Source: Candidatus Lustribacter sp.
GTDB taxonomy: Bacteria; Vulcanimicrobiota; Vulcanimicrobiia; Vulcanimicrobiales; Vulcanimicrobiaceae
Direction: 5' to 3'
Assembly (NCBI GenBank): GCA_965277805.1
Contig: OZ255842.1
Location: forward strand, 4,192,001 to 4,256,000
DNA length: 64,000 bases
Each line of letters opens with the position of its first letter. Within the stretch, counting starts at the first letter, position 1. Position numbers and translations under genes: made by a program. Positions 12,747 to 21,425 of the stretch are shown one piece after another. The notes beneath the pieces are model-generated. The model was given only the letters and a program-made list of their open reading frames with translations, had not been told where the DNA came from and did no database searches.

Positions 12747-15485
12747 CTAGGCCGCGTCCGCGCTCCGCGGGGCCGTCAGCAGCCCGCGCAGTTCTTCGAT
12801 CGGTACCGACTTCGAATACAGGAACCCCTGCGCAAGCTCGCAGCCGTGGTCGATCAGCCACGCGGCTTGCTCGACCGTTTCGACGCCCTCGGCCAGCGTG
12901 GTCAACCGGAAGCGGGACGCCATCGCAAGCAGCGTATCGGTGAGCGCAACGTCGGCTTGTTCGTGCGGCAGACCGGTGATGAACGAACGGTCGAGCTTGA
13001 TGATATCGATCGGCAGGCGCTTCAGATACGACAGCGATGAGTAACCCGTGCCGAAGTCGTCGATTGCGATTTTCAGACCGAGGCGGCGAAGGGCTCCGAG
13101 CGCAATGATCGCTCGCTCCGCGTTGAGCATCGCGGTTCCCTCGGTCACTTCGATCCCGAAACGCTCCGCCGCACCCGGGTATTGCGCGATATCTGAGCGC
13201 ACGTTGGAGACGAAGGCCTCCTCTTCGAGACCCGGGGCCGATATGTTGATGTAGCAGCGGAATTTCGGCGGGACCGTTGCCAGGCTCATGATGTCGTGCA
13301 GCGCGCGAGCGAACACCCAGCGTCCGATCTCGATGCTCAAACCGTGCCGCTCGGAAAACGGGATGAATGCATCCGGAGCCAAGCGGCCGCGCGTCGGGTG
13401 ATTCCAGCGGATGAGGGCCTCCGCGCCGTAGATGAGGCCCGTTGCGAGCGACACCGTCGGCTGGTATTCCAAATCGAATTGGTTGCGCGCCAACGCATCC
13501 CGAATCTCGGTGCTGAGATGACGCTGCTGATCGACGATGGTTTCCATCGAACGCGAAAAGAACGTCACGTTCTTGCCGCCCGCGGCTTTCGCCGAGGCCA
13601 GCGCGATGTTGACGCGCTGCATCAATTCTTGTTCAGTACGACCGTCCTCGGGGAACGATGCGGCACCGATGGATGCGCTGATCGACAGACGCCGCGCTTC
13701 TTCGGTGAGACCGGTGGGAAACGACGTCGCGAAGAGGTCGAAGTACTCGCCGAGGCGGGTTTGCATGATCTGACCGGTTTGCCGATTTGCGAGCAGCAAA
13801 CCGAATTCGTCAGCCCCGAGACGGGCCGCGATGTCGTCGTCGGCAACATGTTCGATCTCGCTCGCCACTTCGACCAGCAGTTCGTCGGCGACCAAGCTCC
13901 CGGATTCTTCGTTGACCGCCCGGAAATCGTCGAGGTTGACCGCAGCGACCGCAAACGGATTGCCCAGGTTGATCGCCTTACGGATCGCGACCCGGAATTG
14001 CGATCGCGTGTGCAGGCCGGTGAGCGCGTCGTGCTCGATTTGAAATTTGATCCGCTCGATCTGCACTTCTTGCAGCAGCCGGCCGGCGACGAATGCCGCG
14101 AGGACGTCGACGTAGGTAAAGTCGTCCTCGCTATACGGATCGTCGATGTACTCGTGCATCGAACCGAAGACGATAAAGTAGCGCTTCGCGCCGACGATCA
14201 GCGACGAGCCGATCACGCGTGTCCAACCCAGACCTTCCCACGCCATTCCCGCCACCGGCACTTGCGAGAAATCGGTCCAGGCCACCGACCGGTCGCTACC
14301 GTCGAAGTGCCGCTCGATCGTGTTTTGCAACGGCATGACCGCACCGGGATGAAATATCGCTTCGGCCGCGCGACTGTCTTCAGGCAGCAGCGCGCTCGCA
14401 TACGTCGAGTCCACGACGATCGAGTCGCCGGCCTGGTGGCTGATGTAGCCGAACGTCGAACTGCCCGGGCGAAGCGCGGCGGTTGCGGTGTCGAGCAGCG
14501 CCTGATAGCGCTGCCGATCGTCCCCGATGCCGTGCGCCGCAACGTACCAGAGCCCGTTGAGACGCGCCGCATTCCGCTCCAAAATGCGGCGCGATTCCGC
14601 GATCGATTCGGTCATAGCCATGATCCCGCCGCGCGTGCGTGAGAGCGTACGCAGCGCTCCGACGAGCACGAAGGTCGACGTCATCAAATACAGCGCGCGA
14701 TCGACAAACCAGGTGCCACTATGCTCCGCTGAATGCAGCGGGCTCAAGACGAGCCCCAACGTCATGGAGAGCATCGCCAACGTGAACGCGACATCGATGA
14801 GGGTGCGGTTCGGCAGACGGAACAGCGATCCAAAAGCGAGCAAGGCGACCAAGATATTCAGTGCCGGCGGCGGCGCCGGCCGATCGCCGAGGACGCTCGC
14901 GGCAGTAATGCAGAGCATTACGGCCGCGACGTTCGCGATGATGACGATCGTGACGAAACGTCCGCTCGGCCGGACGAGCCCGACTTCGCGGCGGCGCAAG
15001 ACGACATACACGAGCGCAGAACTCGCGAAGTAGAAGTGCCCGAGCGATGTCAGCCAGGGCAGCGAATTCGGGCCCCGCGCGATCGCATCGGCTCCGTGCG
15101 CGCCCGGGAGCCCGAGCGTGACGATCAGCCCGAAGATCGCCGAGCCCGCGAACGTCAGCGCGAGATAGAACATCGGCCGGCTTACCGTCGGCACGCGAAA
15201 CATGTTCAGCAACACGAGCGCGGTCACCGCATCGATGAATGCCGGTACGAAAAGCACCAAGACGTCGTAGACGGGCGGGATCGGAAAGAGCGCGTTCGAC
15301 AACAGCCCGCCCGCGAAGGTCAACGCGACGAGGGCCGCGATCGTGATCGTCGCCTCGGAAAGTTGCCGCCCGGTCACCGGGATGAGCTTTTCCGCGACGG
15401 CGTCGGCGCCGTTGAGAAACCGGTTCACACAAACTCCGGAAACGCTGCGAGGTGTTCCGGGAATGGCGAAGTCATCGCGGATCAT
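12747..15485 (-). CDS. Membrane-anchored (MASE4-like) GAF-like/GGDEF/EAL c-di-GMP phosphodiesterase
   Basis: About eight N-terminal TM helices; 'HDALTGL..R', GADEF, 'EALIRW', 'EVTE', 'DDFGTGYSSL', 'AEGVET' and 'QGF'. Confidence 0.92.
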   Translation of the reverse strand: MIRDDFAIPGTPRSVSGVCVNRFLNGADAVAEKLIPVTGRQLSEATITIAALVALTFAGGLLSNALFPIPPVYDVLVLFVPAFIDAVTALVLLNMFRVPTVSRPMFYLALTFAGSAIFGLIVTLGLPGAHGADAIARGPNSLPWLTSLGHFYFASSALVYVVLRRREVGLVRPSGRFVTIVIIANVAAVMLCITAASVLGDRPAPPPALNILVALLAFGSLFRLPNRTLIDVAFTLAMLSMTLGLVLSPLHSAEHSGTWFVDRALYLMTSTFVLVGALRTLSRTRGGIMAMTESIAESRRILERNAARLNGLWYVAAHGIGDDRQRYQALLDTATAALRPGSSTFGYISHQAGDSIVVDSTYASALLPEDSRAAEAIFHPGAVMPLQNTIERHFDGSDRSVAWTDFSQVPVAGMAWEGLGWTRVIGSSLIVGAKRYFIVFGSMHEYIDDPYSEDDFTYVDVLAAFVAGRLLQEVQIERIKFQIEHDALTGLHTRSQFRVAIRKAINLGNPFAVAAVNLDDFRAVNEESGSLVADELLVEVASEIEHVADDDIAARLGADEFGLLLANRQTGQIMQTRLGEYFDLFATSFPTGLTEEARRLSISASIGAASFPEDGRTEQELMQRVNIALASAKAAGGKNVTFFSRSMETIVDQQRHLSTEIRDALARNQFDLEYQPTVSLATGLIYGAEALIRWNHPTRGRLAPDAFIPFSERHGLSIEIGRWVFARALHDIMSLATVPPKFRCYINISAPGLEEEAFVSNVRSDIAQYPGAAERFGIEVTEGTAMLNAERAIIALGALRRLGLKIAIDDFGTGYSSLSYLKRLPIDIIKLDRSFITGLPHEQADVALTDTLLAMASRFRLTTLAEGVETVEQAAWLIDHGCELAQGFLYSKSVPIEELRGLLTAPRSADAA

Positions 15486-15633
15486 GGCCCGGGCTACCGA
15501 AACCTACCATTTGGTTCCGGCCGCCGATAGGCGTTACCGTACGCAGCAAAGCGAGCACTAAGAAGAGGGGGCGCTTAGCTGAACCGCCGCCCGAGCGCAG
15601 GTAGGAGCGCCCACGGACAGTATACGGGCACCC

Positions 15634-16581
15634 ATGAAACCGCCCTCCCGATCAGCCTTTATCGCCGCGCTTTCAGCGCTCGGCACCGCCGGCGCGCTGC
15701 CGGCGTTCGGACAAACGCAAGCGCCGCTACCAGTGCGCGTGGGAGCCACCGCGAACGACACCTATGCAGAAGCGTACTACGCGCAGGACATGAGCTTTTT
15801 CACCAAGGGCGGGCTCAGCGTCGAACTCACGACCTTCACCAACGGCGCGGCGGTGTCGCAGGCCGTCGCCTCGGGCGCGCTCGACGTCGGCATCTCGAAT
15901 CCGGTCCAGCTCGGAAACGCGATCAGCCACAACATCCCGTTCGTCTTCCTCGCCGGCGCCGGTGCCTACAACACGTCGCTGCCGACGACGGTGTTATGCG
16001 TTGCGAAAGACGGCCCGATTCACACTGCCAAGGATTTCGCCGGTCAAACGATCGCGGTCTCGGCGCTCAAAGATCTCACCGATCTCGCGCAGCAGCAGTA
16101 TCTCGAAAAGAACGGCGTCGATCCGAGTTCGGTGAAAACGATCGAGCTGCCGTTCGCGGAAATGGGACCGGCGCTTGCGCGCGGCACCGTAGCCGGCGCC
16201 GTCATCTCGGAGCCCTCACTCAGCGCATCGGTGCTCTCCGGTCAAACGCGCGTCTTCACCAAAGTCTTCGACGCGATCGCGCCGCACTTTCTGATCAGCG
16301 TGTGGTTCACCACGCGCGACTGGTACGCCAAGAACACCGTGGCCGCGAAACGCTATGCGGCCGTGATGTACCAAACGGCGAACTGGGCCAATGCCAACCG
16401 CGATCAATCGGCTGCGATCTTGGAGAAGTATTCGAAGATCAGCGACACGACGACGAAGCAAATGGCGCGTTCGAGTTACGCGACGACGCTCAATCCGCAA
16501 TTGATCGATCCGGTCTTCGCGCTCGCTTACAAAGCGAAGATCACCGATCGTCTTCTGACTGCGGCATCGGTGAGCGCTTAG
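15634..16581 (+). CDS. ABC transporter substrate-binding protein, SsuA/NMT1-THI5 type (orphan)
   Basis: Paralog of 11810-12745 ('G.TIAV', 'ELPF', 'SEP'); Tat-like leader SRSAFI. Confidence 0.88.
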   Translation: MKPPSRSAFIAALSALGTAGALPAFGQTQAPLPVRVGATANDTYAEAYYAQDMSFFTKGGLSVELTTFTNGAAVSQAVASGALDVGISNPVQLGNAISHNIPFVFLAGAGAYNTSLPTTVLCVAKDGPIHTAKDFAGQTIAVSALKDLTDLAQQQYLEKNGVDPSSVKTIELPFAEMGPALARGTVAGAVISEPSLSASVLSGQTRVFTKVFDAIAPHFLISVWFTTRDWYAKNTVAAKRYAAVMYQTANWANANRDQSAAILEKYSKISDTTTKQMARSSYATTLNPQLIDPVFALAYKAKITDRLLTAASVSA

Positions 16582-17293
16582 CGCGACCGGTGTGGCTGAT
16601 CGCGATGAACAGCCCGATCGCAGCGAACCAGATGATCGCCGATGCCATCGTGCCGCGCGTTCCGGCGAGCGCGATCGGCACGGGTGCGAGCGCTAGCGCG
16701 AGCGCCCACGATTCGGAGCGGAAGGCATTGCGCCACGACGGCGTCACCGCCGCGCCCGGCGCGAATTTCGCCGGCATCAACCGCGGCAAAAACGGCGGCA
16801 CGGCTTTGCAATAGGCCACGTATTGGGCACCGTACTGCTTGAGCAGCTGCTGCTGTTCTTCGCCCGCCAGAATGATGCCGAAAATGATGTTGCCCAGCAC
16901 GATGATCGCGAAGCCGAACGGCGGCGCGTATAAGCCGATGCCGATCGCGAGCAAATCGTTACCGAGATAGAGCGGATTGCGGGTGAAGCTGAACGGGCCC
17001 GCAACGATCAGCCGGTCGCGCTGCACGTCGGCGGCAAAGACCACGTCACCGCGTAAGTACGCGCTGCCGAAATAGCGCGCGAGCCAGCCGAGCAACGCAA
17101 TCTGAATTCCGGCCCAAAACAAACTGTAGACGCCCCACGCGCCCCAGTGCAGGCCCCACGCGACGGCCGCCGGCGCATCGGGCGGGGCACCGAACTGCAG
17201 GTAGCCCAAAAAGAAGCCGCAAGCGTAAATCGCGCCGATCAGCGAGCCTCTGTTACGATACCACCAAGGCGAGGGGGCCGCGTTTACAGACAA
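16541..17293 (-). CDS. Isoprenylcysteine carboxyl methyltransferase / PEMT family membrane protein
   Basis: 'LIVAGPF..RNPLYLG', 'EE..L...YG..Y..Y...VP.F.P'; TTG start with GGAG SD. Confidence 0.85.
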   Translation of the reverse strand: MSVNAAPSPWWYRNRGSLIGAIYACGFFLGYLQFGAPPDAPAAVAWGLHWGAWGVYSLFWAGIQIALLGWLARYFGSAYLRGDVVFAADVQRDRLIVAGPFSFTRNPLYLGNDLLAIGIGLYAPPFGFAIIVLGNIIFGIILAGEEQQQLLKQYGAQYVAYCKAVPPFLPRLMPAKFAPGAAVTPSWRNAFRSESWALALALAPVPIALAGTRGTMASAIIWFAAIGLFIAISHTGRAKRSPMPQSEDDR

Positions 17294-17343
17294 TTGACGA
17301 CTTTCTCCAGGGCGTGTGCGATGCGCGCGCAACGTGGTCCTGA

Positions 17344-17646
17344 GTGAACCCAATCGAATCCGGCGACGCGCAAACGGGTGACGCGCGACGGGCCGCCTTC
17401 CAGGCGGGCTGGGACGCGCGCTTGCTGCCGCTCTTGACGCCGCAGTGGCAGTCGTCCAGCGTGATCGCAATGGCGGCCGGTGAAAAGCCGGCCAAAGTGC
17501 TCGAACGGCTCAAAGATATGCTCGACCGCAACTTGGTCGAGCGGCGCGTGGTGAAAGCCGTGCCCTCGAAGCCGACGAAATCGGGCAAACGTCCGCGCAT
17601 CCATACGGCGCGGTTCGAAGCGCACTTCCGCCTTCCTCAACCCTAA
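17344..17646 (+). CDS. hypothetical basic protein, possible winged-helix
   Basis: 100-aa ORF filling the gap; 'IA..AG......VL..L..M....LVER' resembles a wHTH recognition helix and wing. Confidence 0.55.
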   Translation: MNPIESGDAQTGDARRAAFQAGWDARLLPLLTPQWQSSSVIAMAAGEKPAKVLERLKDMLDRNLVERRVVKAVPSKPTKSGKRPRIHTARFEAHFRLPQP

Positions 17647-18314
17647 AGGGTTTCGTGCGGTCGCGCGTTCACCGGTAAGGACGTCGCCGAGCCGAACATC
17701 CGGTCACCCGCATCACCGAGTCCCGGCATGATGTAGCCGTGATCGTTGAGCCGCTCGTCGATCGATGCGGTGACGATGCGCACGTCGGGATGCGCCTTCG
17801 TGATCGTGGCGATGCCTTCAGGCGCGGCGATCAGGCACACGAAGGTAATCGCTTTCGCGCCGCGCGATTCGAGCAGCTTCATCGCAGCCGAGCCCGAGTT
17901 GCCGGTGGCGAGCATCGGATCGAGAACGAACACGTCGCGCTCCGCGAGGTCGCGCGGCATGTTCGCGTAGTACGGCACCGGCTCCAGCGATGCCGGATCG
18001 CGGTAGAAGCCGAGGTGCGCGATCTCGGCGTCGTCGATGCAATTGAGGAAGCCAGGTAAGAGGCCGAGGCCCGCGCGCAGGATCGGTGAGACGACCGGAC
18101 GCCGCGCGATGCGGTAGGCCGGTGCCGGCTCGAGCGGCGTCTGGACGGTGCCGGCGACCGTCCGCAGCGAGCGGGTCGCCTCGTAGGCGAGGAACAGCCC
18201 GATCTCTTCGACCATGCGCCGGAAAATGGGAACCGGGGCGTCACGGTCGCGGAGCCGCGCCAGACGGTCGGCTACGGCGGGATGATCGACGACGAGCACT
18301 TCGTTGCGGGCCAT
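17643..18314 (-). CDS. upp: uracil phosphoribosyltransferase
   Basis: 'PILRAG', 'DPMLATG' and 'YI.PGLGDAGDR.FG'. Confidence 0.97.
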   Translation of the reverse strand: MARNEVLVVDHPAVADRLARLRDRDAPVPIFRRMVEEIGLFLAYEATRSLRTVAGTVQTPLEPAPAYRIARRPVVSPILRAGLGLLPGFLNCIDDAEIAHLGFYRDPASLEPVPYYANMPRDLAERDVFVLDPMLATGNSGSAAMKLLESRGAKAITFVCLIAAPEGIATITKAHPDVRIVTASIDERLNDHGYIMPGLGDAGDRMFGSATSLPVNARPHETL

Positions 18315-18323
18315 GCCCGCTCG

Positions 18324-18917
18324 TTACGCCAGATCGTGCGATTCACCGCCCCCTTCGTCGCGGATTTTGGCGGTCAGCACGTGGTCGCGCCACGCGCCGT
18401 CGATGTAGAGGTAGTCGCGCGCGTAACCCTCGACCGTGAACCCGAGCGAACGCAAGAGCCGTCCGCTGCGCTCGTTGCCGGGCTGGTAGTTCGCCTCGAC
18501 CCGGTGCAGACCGATGTTGCGGAACGACCACGTCACGATCGCGCCGACCGCCTCGCTGCCGTAACCGCGGCCCTGGTGCGCGACGTCGACCGAATAGCCC
18601 AGCACGCCGGCTTGAAAGACGCCGTGCACGATGTTGGTGAGGTTCACGCTCGCGATGATTTGACGCGATCCGCGCAGCAGCGCGACGAACCGGTGTGCGC
18701 GCCCGTGATACGCATCGTCCTGCACGGCAGCCGCATACGTCGACCAGTAGCTGCGCGTGAAGAAGTCCGACGAGCGCGCGGGCTCCCAGCGCGCGAGGTG
18801 CTTCTCGTTGCGCTGATGGTATGCGAGTAGCGAGTCGATGTGCTCGGGACCGATCGATTCGATCGTCAACCGCGCCGTCGAGATCGAAACGGACGAGAGA
18901 CCCGCTAACTCGCGCAC
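18324..18917 (-). CDS. RimJ-like GNAT N-acetyltransferase
   Basis: 'LGYS.....QG.G...EA', 'LHRVEA...P.N.RS..LL..LGF..EG....YL.I.G.W.DH'. Confidence 0.9.
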   Translation of the reverse strand: MRELAGLSSVSISTARLTIESIGPEHIDSLLAYHQRNEKHLARWEPARSSDFFTRSYWSTYAAAVQDDAYHGRAHRFVALLRGSRQIIASVNLTNIVHGVFQAGVLGYSVDVAHQGRGYGSEAVGAIVTWSFRNIGLHRVEANYQPGNERSGRLLRSLGFTVEGYARDYLYIDGAWRDHVLTAKIRDEGGGESHDLA

Positions 18918-18921
18918 CGCT

Positions 18922-20172
18922 TTACGGCACGGCGAACTGAAGGGTTAGTTCTTCAACGCGCCCGCGCAACTCGGTGATACGCCGGCGTGCTTCGATGTCG
19001 TGCAGCGCTTCGCCGATGATCTTTCCGACCTCGCGCGCGTGATTCTCGCCGAACCCGCGCGACGTGATCGCCGGCGATCCGATGCGAATGCCGCTCGTGA
19101 CCATCGGTTTTTGCGTGTCGAATGGGATCGCGTTCTTGTTGACGGTGACCGAAATCTCGTCGAGATACGATTCCACGGCCTTGCCGGTCAGGTTTTTCGG
19201 GCTGAGATCGACCAGCAGCAAGTGCGTGTCGGTCCCGCCGCCGACCAGCCGGGCCCCGGCTCGCTGCAATTCTTCGCCCATCGCCTTCGCGTTGATCAGC
19301 ACTTGCTGCTGATACCCCTTAAACTCCGGTTGCAACGCCTCTTGGAAACCCACCGCTTTGGCCGCGATCGTGTGCATCAGCGGCCCGCCCTGAATGCCGG
19401 GGAAGACGCTCTTGTCGAGCGCGGCGGCGTGCGCTTCGTCGCTGAGCACAAAACCGCCGCGCGGACCGCGCAGCGTCTTATGGGTCGTCGAGGTGACGAA
19501 CTCCGCCAGCGGCACGGGCGAGGGATGCAATCCGACCGCGACGAGCCCAGCGATGTGCGCCATGTCGACCATCAGCACGGCGCCGACCTCGTCCGCGATC
19601 TCGCGGAACGGTTCGTAATCCAGCGTGCGCGGATACGCGCTCGCGCCGGCGATGATCATCTTCGGCTTGTGCTCGCGCGCCAGCGAACGCATCTCATCGT
19701 AATCGATCAGCTCGGTGTCGCGCCGCACGCCGTAGGCGACCGCATTGTAGAGTTTGCCGCTGAAGCTGACCTTGGTGCCGTGCGTGAGGTGGCCGCCGTG
19801 CGCCAGCGACATCCCGAGCACCGTGTCGCCCGGATTGAGGACCGCCATGAACACGGCCATGTTGGCCTGCGCGCCGGCGTGCGGCTGGACGTTGGCATGC
19901 TTCGCGCCGAAGAGCTTCTTCACGCGGTCGATCGCCAGTGTCTCGGCGACGTCGACGAACTCGCAACCGCCGTAGTAGCGGCGGCCCGGATAGCCTTCGG
20001 CATATTTATTGGTGAGTACCGAGCCCATCGCTTCGCGCACCGCGGCGCTGGCGTAATTTTCGGAAGCGATCAGTTCGAGATTCTCGTGCTGACGGCGATC
20101 CTCGTTTTCGATAGCCATGAAGATCTCGTGATCGACATGGGCCAGCGTCGTCTGCGGTGTGAGAACGTCCAT
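18922..20172 (-). CDS. glyA: serine hydroxymethyltransferase
   Basis: [27 protein letters not shown] and PLP-Lys motif [12 protein letters not shown]; start MDVLT at 20172. Confidence 0.98.
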   Translation of the reverse strand: MDVLTPQTTLAHVDHEIFMAIENEDRRQHENLELIASENYASAAVREAMGSVLTNKYAEGYPGRRYYGGCEFVDVAETLAIDRVKKLFGAKHANVQPHAGAQANMAVFMAVLNPGDTVLGMSLAHGGHLTHGTKVSFSGKLYNAVAYGVRRDTELIDYDEMRSLAREHKPKMIIAGASAYPRTLDYEPFREIADEVGAVLMVDMAHIAGLVAVGLHPSPVPLAEFVTSTTHKTLRGPRGGFVLSDEAHAAALDKSVFPGIQGGPLMHTIAAKAVGFQEALQPEFKGYQQQVLINAKAMGEELQRAGARLVGGGTDTHLLLVDLSPKNLTGKAVESYLDEISVTVNKNAIPFDTQKPMVTSGIRIGSPAITSRGFGENHAREVGKIIGEALHDIEARRRITELRGRVEELTLQFAVP

Positions 20173-20176
20173 ACGG

Positions 20177-20389
20177 TTATTGGTTTCCTCGATCCAACGG
20201 GTCGTTTCGGCGCACCATCGTGGTCGCCGAGTAGTCCGGCTTCGCCGGGGGCAGCGGTTTCGACTTGCCGAAGCGGAGGATTTGCACCACAATGAGCAAT
20301 CCGAACGTCGCAAGCAGACCGATCCAGAACCACGGCCCTGTCCAGCGCGGCTGGGTGTGGTCGAACAAAAACTCGGCCAGCGCAATCAC
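20177..20389 (-). CDS. small hypothetical membrane protein upstream of glyA
   Basis: 70 aa, one Trp-rich TM helix then a Pro/Lys tail; ends 4 bp before glyA. Confidence 0.6.
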   Translation of the reverse strand: MIALAEFLFDHTQPRWTGPWFWIGLLATFGLLIVVQILRFGKSKPLPPAKPDYSATTMVRRNDPLDRGNQ

Positions 20390-20448
20390 GACGGCGGTTA
20401 GTGGAATGATCGAGGCGAGCGTTTGACGGTCGATGTGGGGCTCCCGGA

Positions 20449-21177
20449 GTGAAAATCGCGGTGACGAGTTCGTCGTTTGCGGCGTTGCTCCGACGGGGTT
20501 CGTTGACCCACCTGGAGTGGATGGAACTCTGCGCGTCGCGGCTCGACGCGGACGGGGTTGTCTTCGCGCAGGCGGACTTCCCGCGCACCGACGGCGAGTA
20601 CGCCGCCCAGGTCAAGAAGGTCGCGGTCGACCTCGGCATCGTGCCGCTTGCGCTCGAAGTGCCCGGCTTGCTCGACCCCGACGTCCCCGACGAGGACCGG
20701 CCCGCGGCCGTTGCGCTGGCGACCGGGACCGGCGCAGCCTTGATCCGGGTGACGGCCGGTCCGCCCGGCGTTCTGCCGCCCGAAACGTTTGCGCGGATGG
20801 TCGCAGCGACCAAGGCGTTCGTGTCGGCCGCGAAAGCCGCCAACGTCACGCTGACGGTGGCCCCGGCAGCCGGCAGCCTGTTACCGGGTCTGGCCGAGGT
20901 GCAGAACTTTAGCAAGTACGTCGACAGCGCTTGGCTGCGTTACGATCTGCCGGCAACGAGTCCCGATCGCGCGCAGCTCGGCGCGCGCGATCGCGTACTG
21001 ATCGAGAGCTTCCGCTTGGATGAGGATCCGCAGCTGCTTGCTCCGCCGTCACGCCGCGGCTGGCTCGTGCTCGAGGGAGATGGCGGCGCCGATCCCTTCG
21101 GCCGCGTTATCGGCGTGCTCGGCGCGCTTCGAAGTTTAGGACAACGACCACAGATGCCGTCTGTCGTACCCGGTTAA
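20449..21177 (+). CDS. xylose isomerase-like TIM-barrel protein (metal ligands appear degenerate)
   Basis: 'MKIA..S.SF......G.L......E....L..DGV', 'A...GA..IRV..G' and 'G..VLE' architecture. Confidence 0.7.
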   Translation: MKIAVTSSSFAALLRRGSLTHLEWMELCASRLDADGVVFAQADFPRTDGEYAAQVKKVAVDLGIVPLALEVPGLLDPDVPDEDRPAAVALATGTGAALIRVTAGPPGVLPPETFARMVAATKAFVSAAKAANVTLTVAPAAGSLLPGLAEVQNFSKYVDSAWLRYDLPATSPDRAQLGARDRVLIESFRLDEDPQLLAPPSRRGWLVLEGDGGADPFGRVIGVLGALRSLGQRPQMPSVVPG

Positions 21178-21327
21178 GACCTGCGTTCAGCAGGTGGGTG
21201 CGGCCCGGGCGCTCAGGAAACGTCACTAAGAGGACGTCCACACCGATCGTATCCGGAGCTGATGCTCCCTTGGTATTAACGTTGGTCCAACACCAGAGTA
21301 CCTGCGCGAACATCCGCAGTCATTGTC
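21140..21327 (-). ncRNA. ssrS: 6S RNA
   Basis: 188 nt; 5' GACAAUGACUGCGGAUGUUCG pairs with 3' CGGCAUCUGUGGUCGUUGUC; contains the Firmicutes-type motifs 'GGGAGC' and 'GCACCCACCUGCUGAACGCAGGU...AAC...ACGGCA'. Confidence 0.88.
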
Positions 21328-21335
21328 GCCACCGC

Positions 21336-21344
21336 ATTGTCTCA
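21336..21344 (-). promoter_or_regulatory. candidate extended -10 promoter for 6S RNA
   Basis: Minus-strand TGaGACAAT ends 8 nt upstream of the predicted 6S 5' end; no good -35. Confidence 0.4.
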
Positions 21345-21425
21345 CCAGCGTCAAGGGGCTTGACAGAATTACGAATATCGCTTCGTTGACACTTGCCTGC
21401 CCTCTCAACGTTACTCGTACGTGAG

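Noticed and set aside
15486-15633. Possible c-di-GMP-I riboswitch (GCAAAGC...CTAAG) beside the EAL gene
   Set aside because: Lacks the GGCAAA/GNRA P2 stem and 3' pairing; resemblance only partial; needs Infernal to be certain
21360-21391. Two plus-strand TTGACA hexamers as antisense promoters into phrB
   Set aside because: No credible -10 at 16-18 bp spacing
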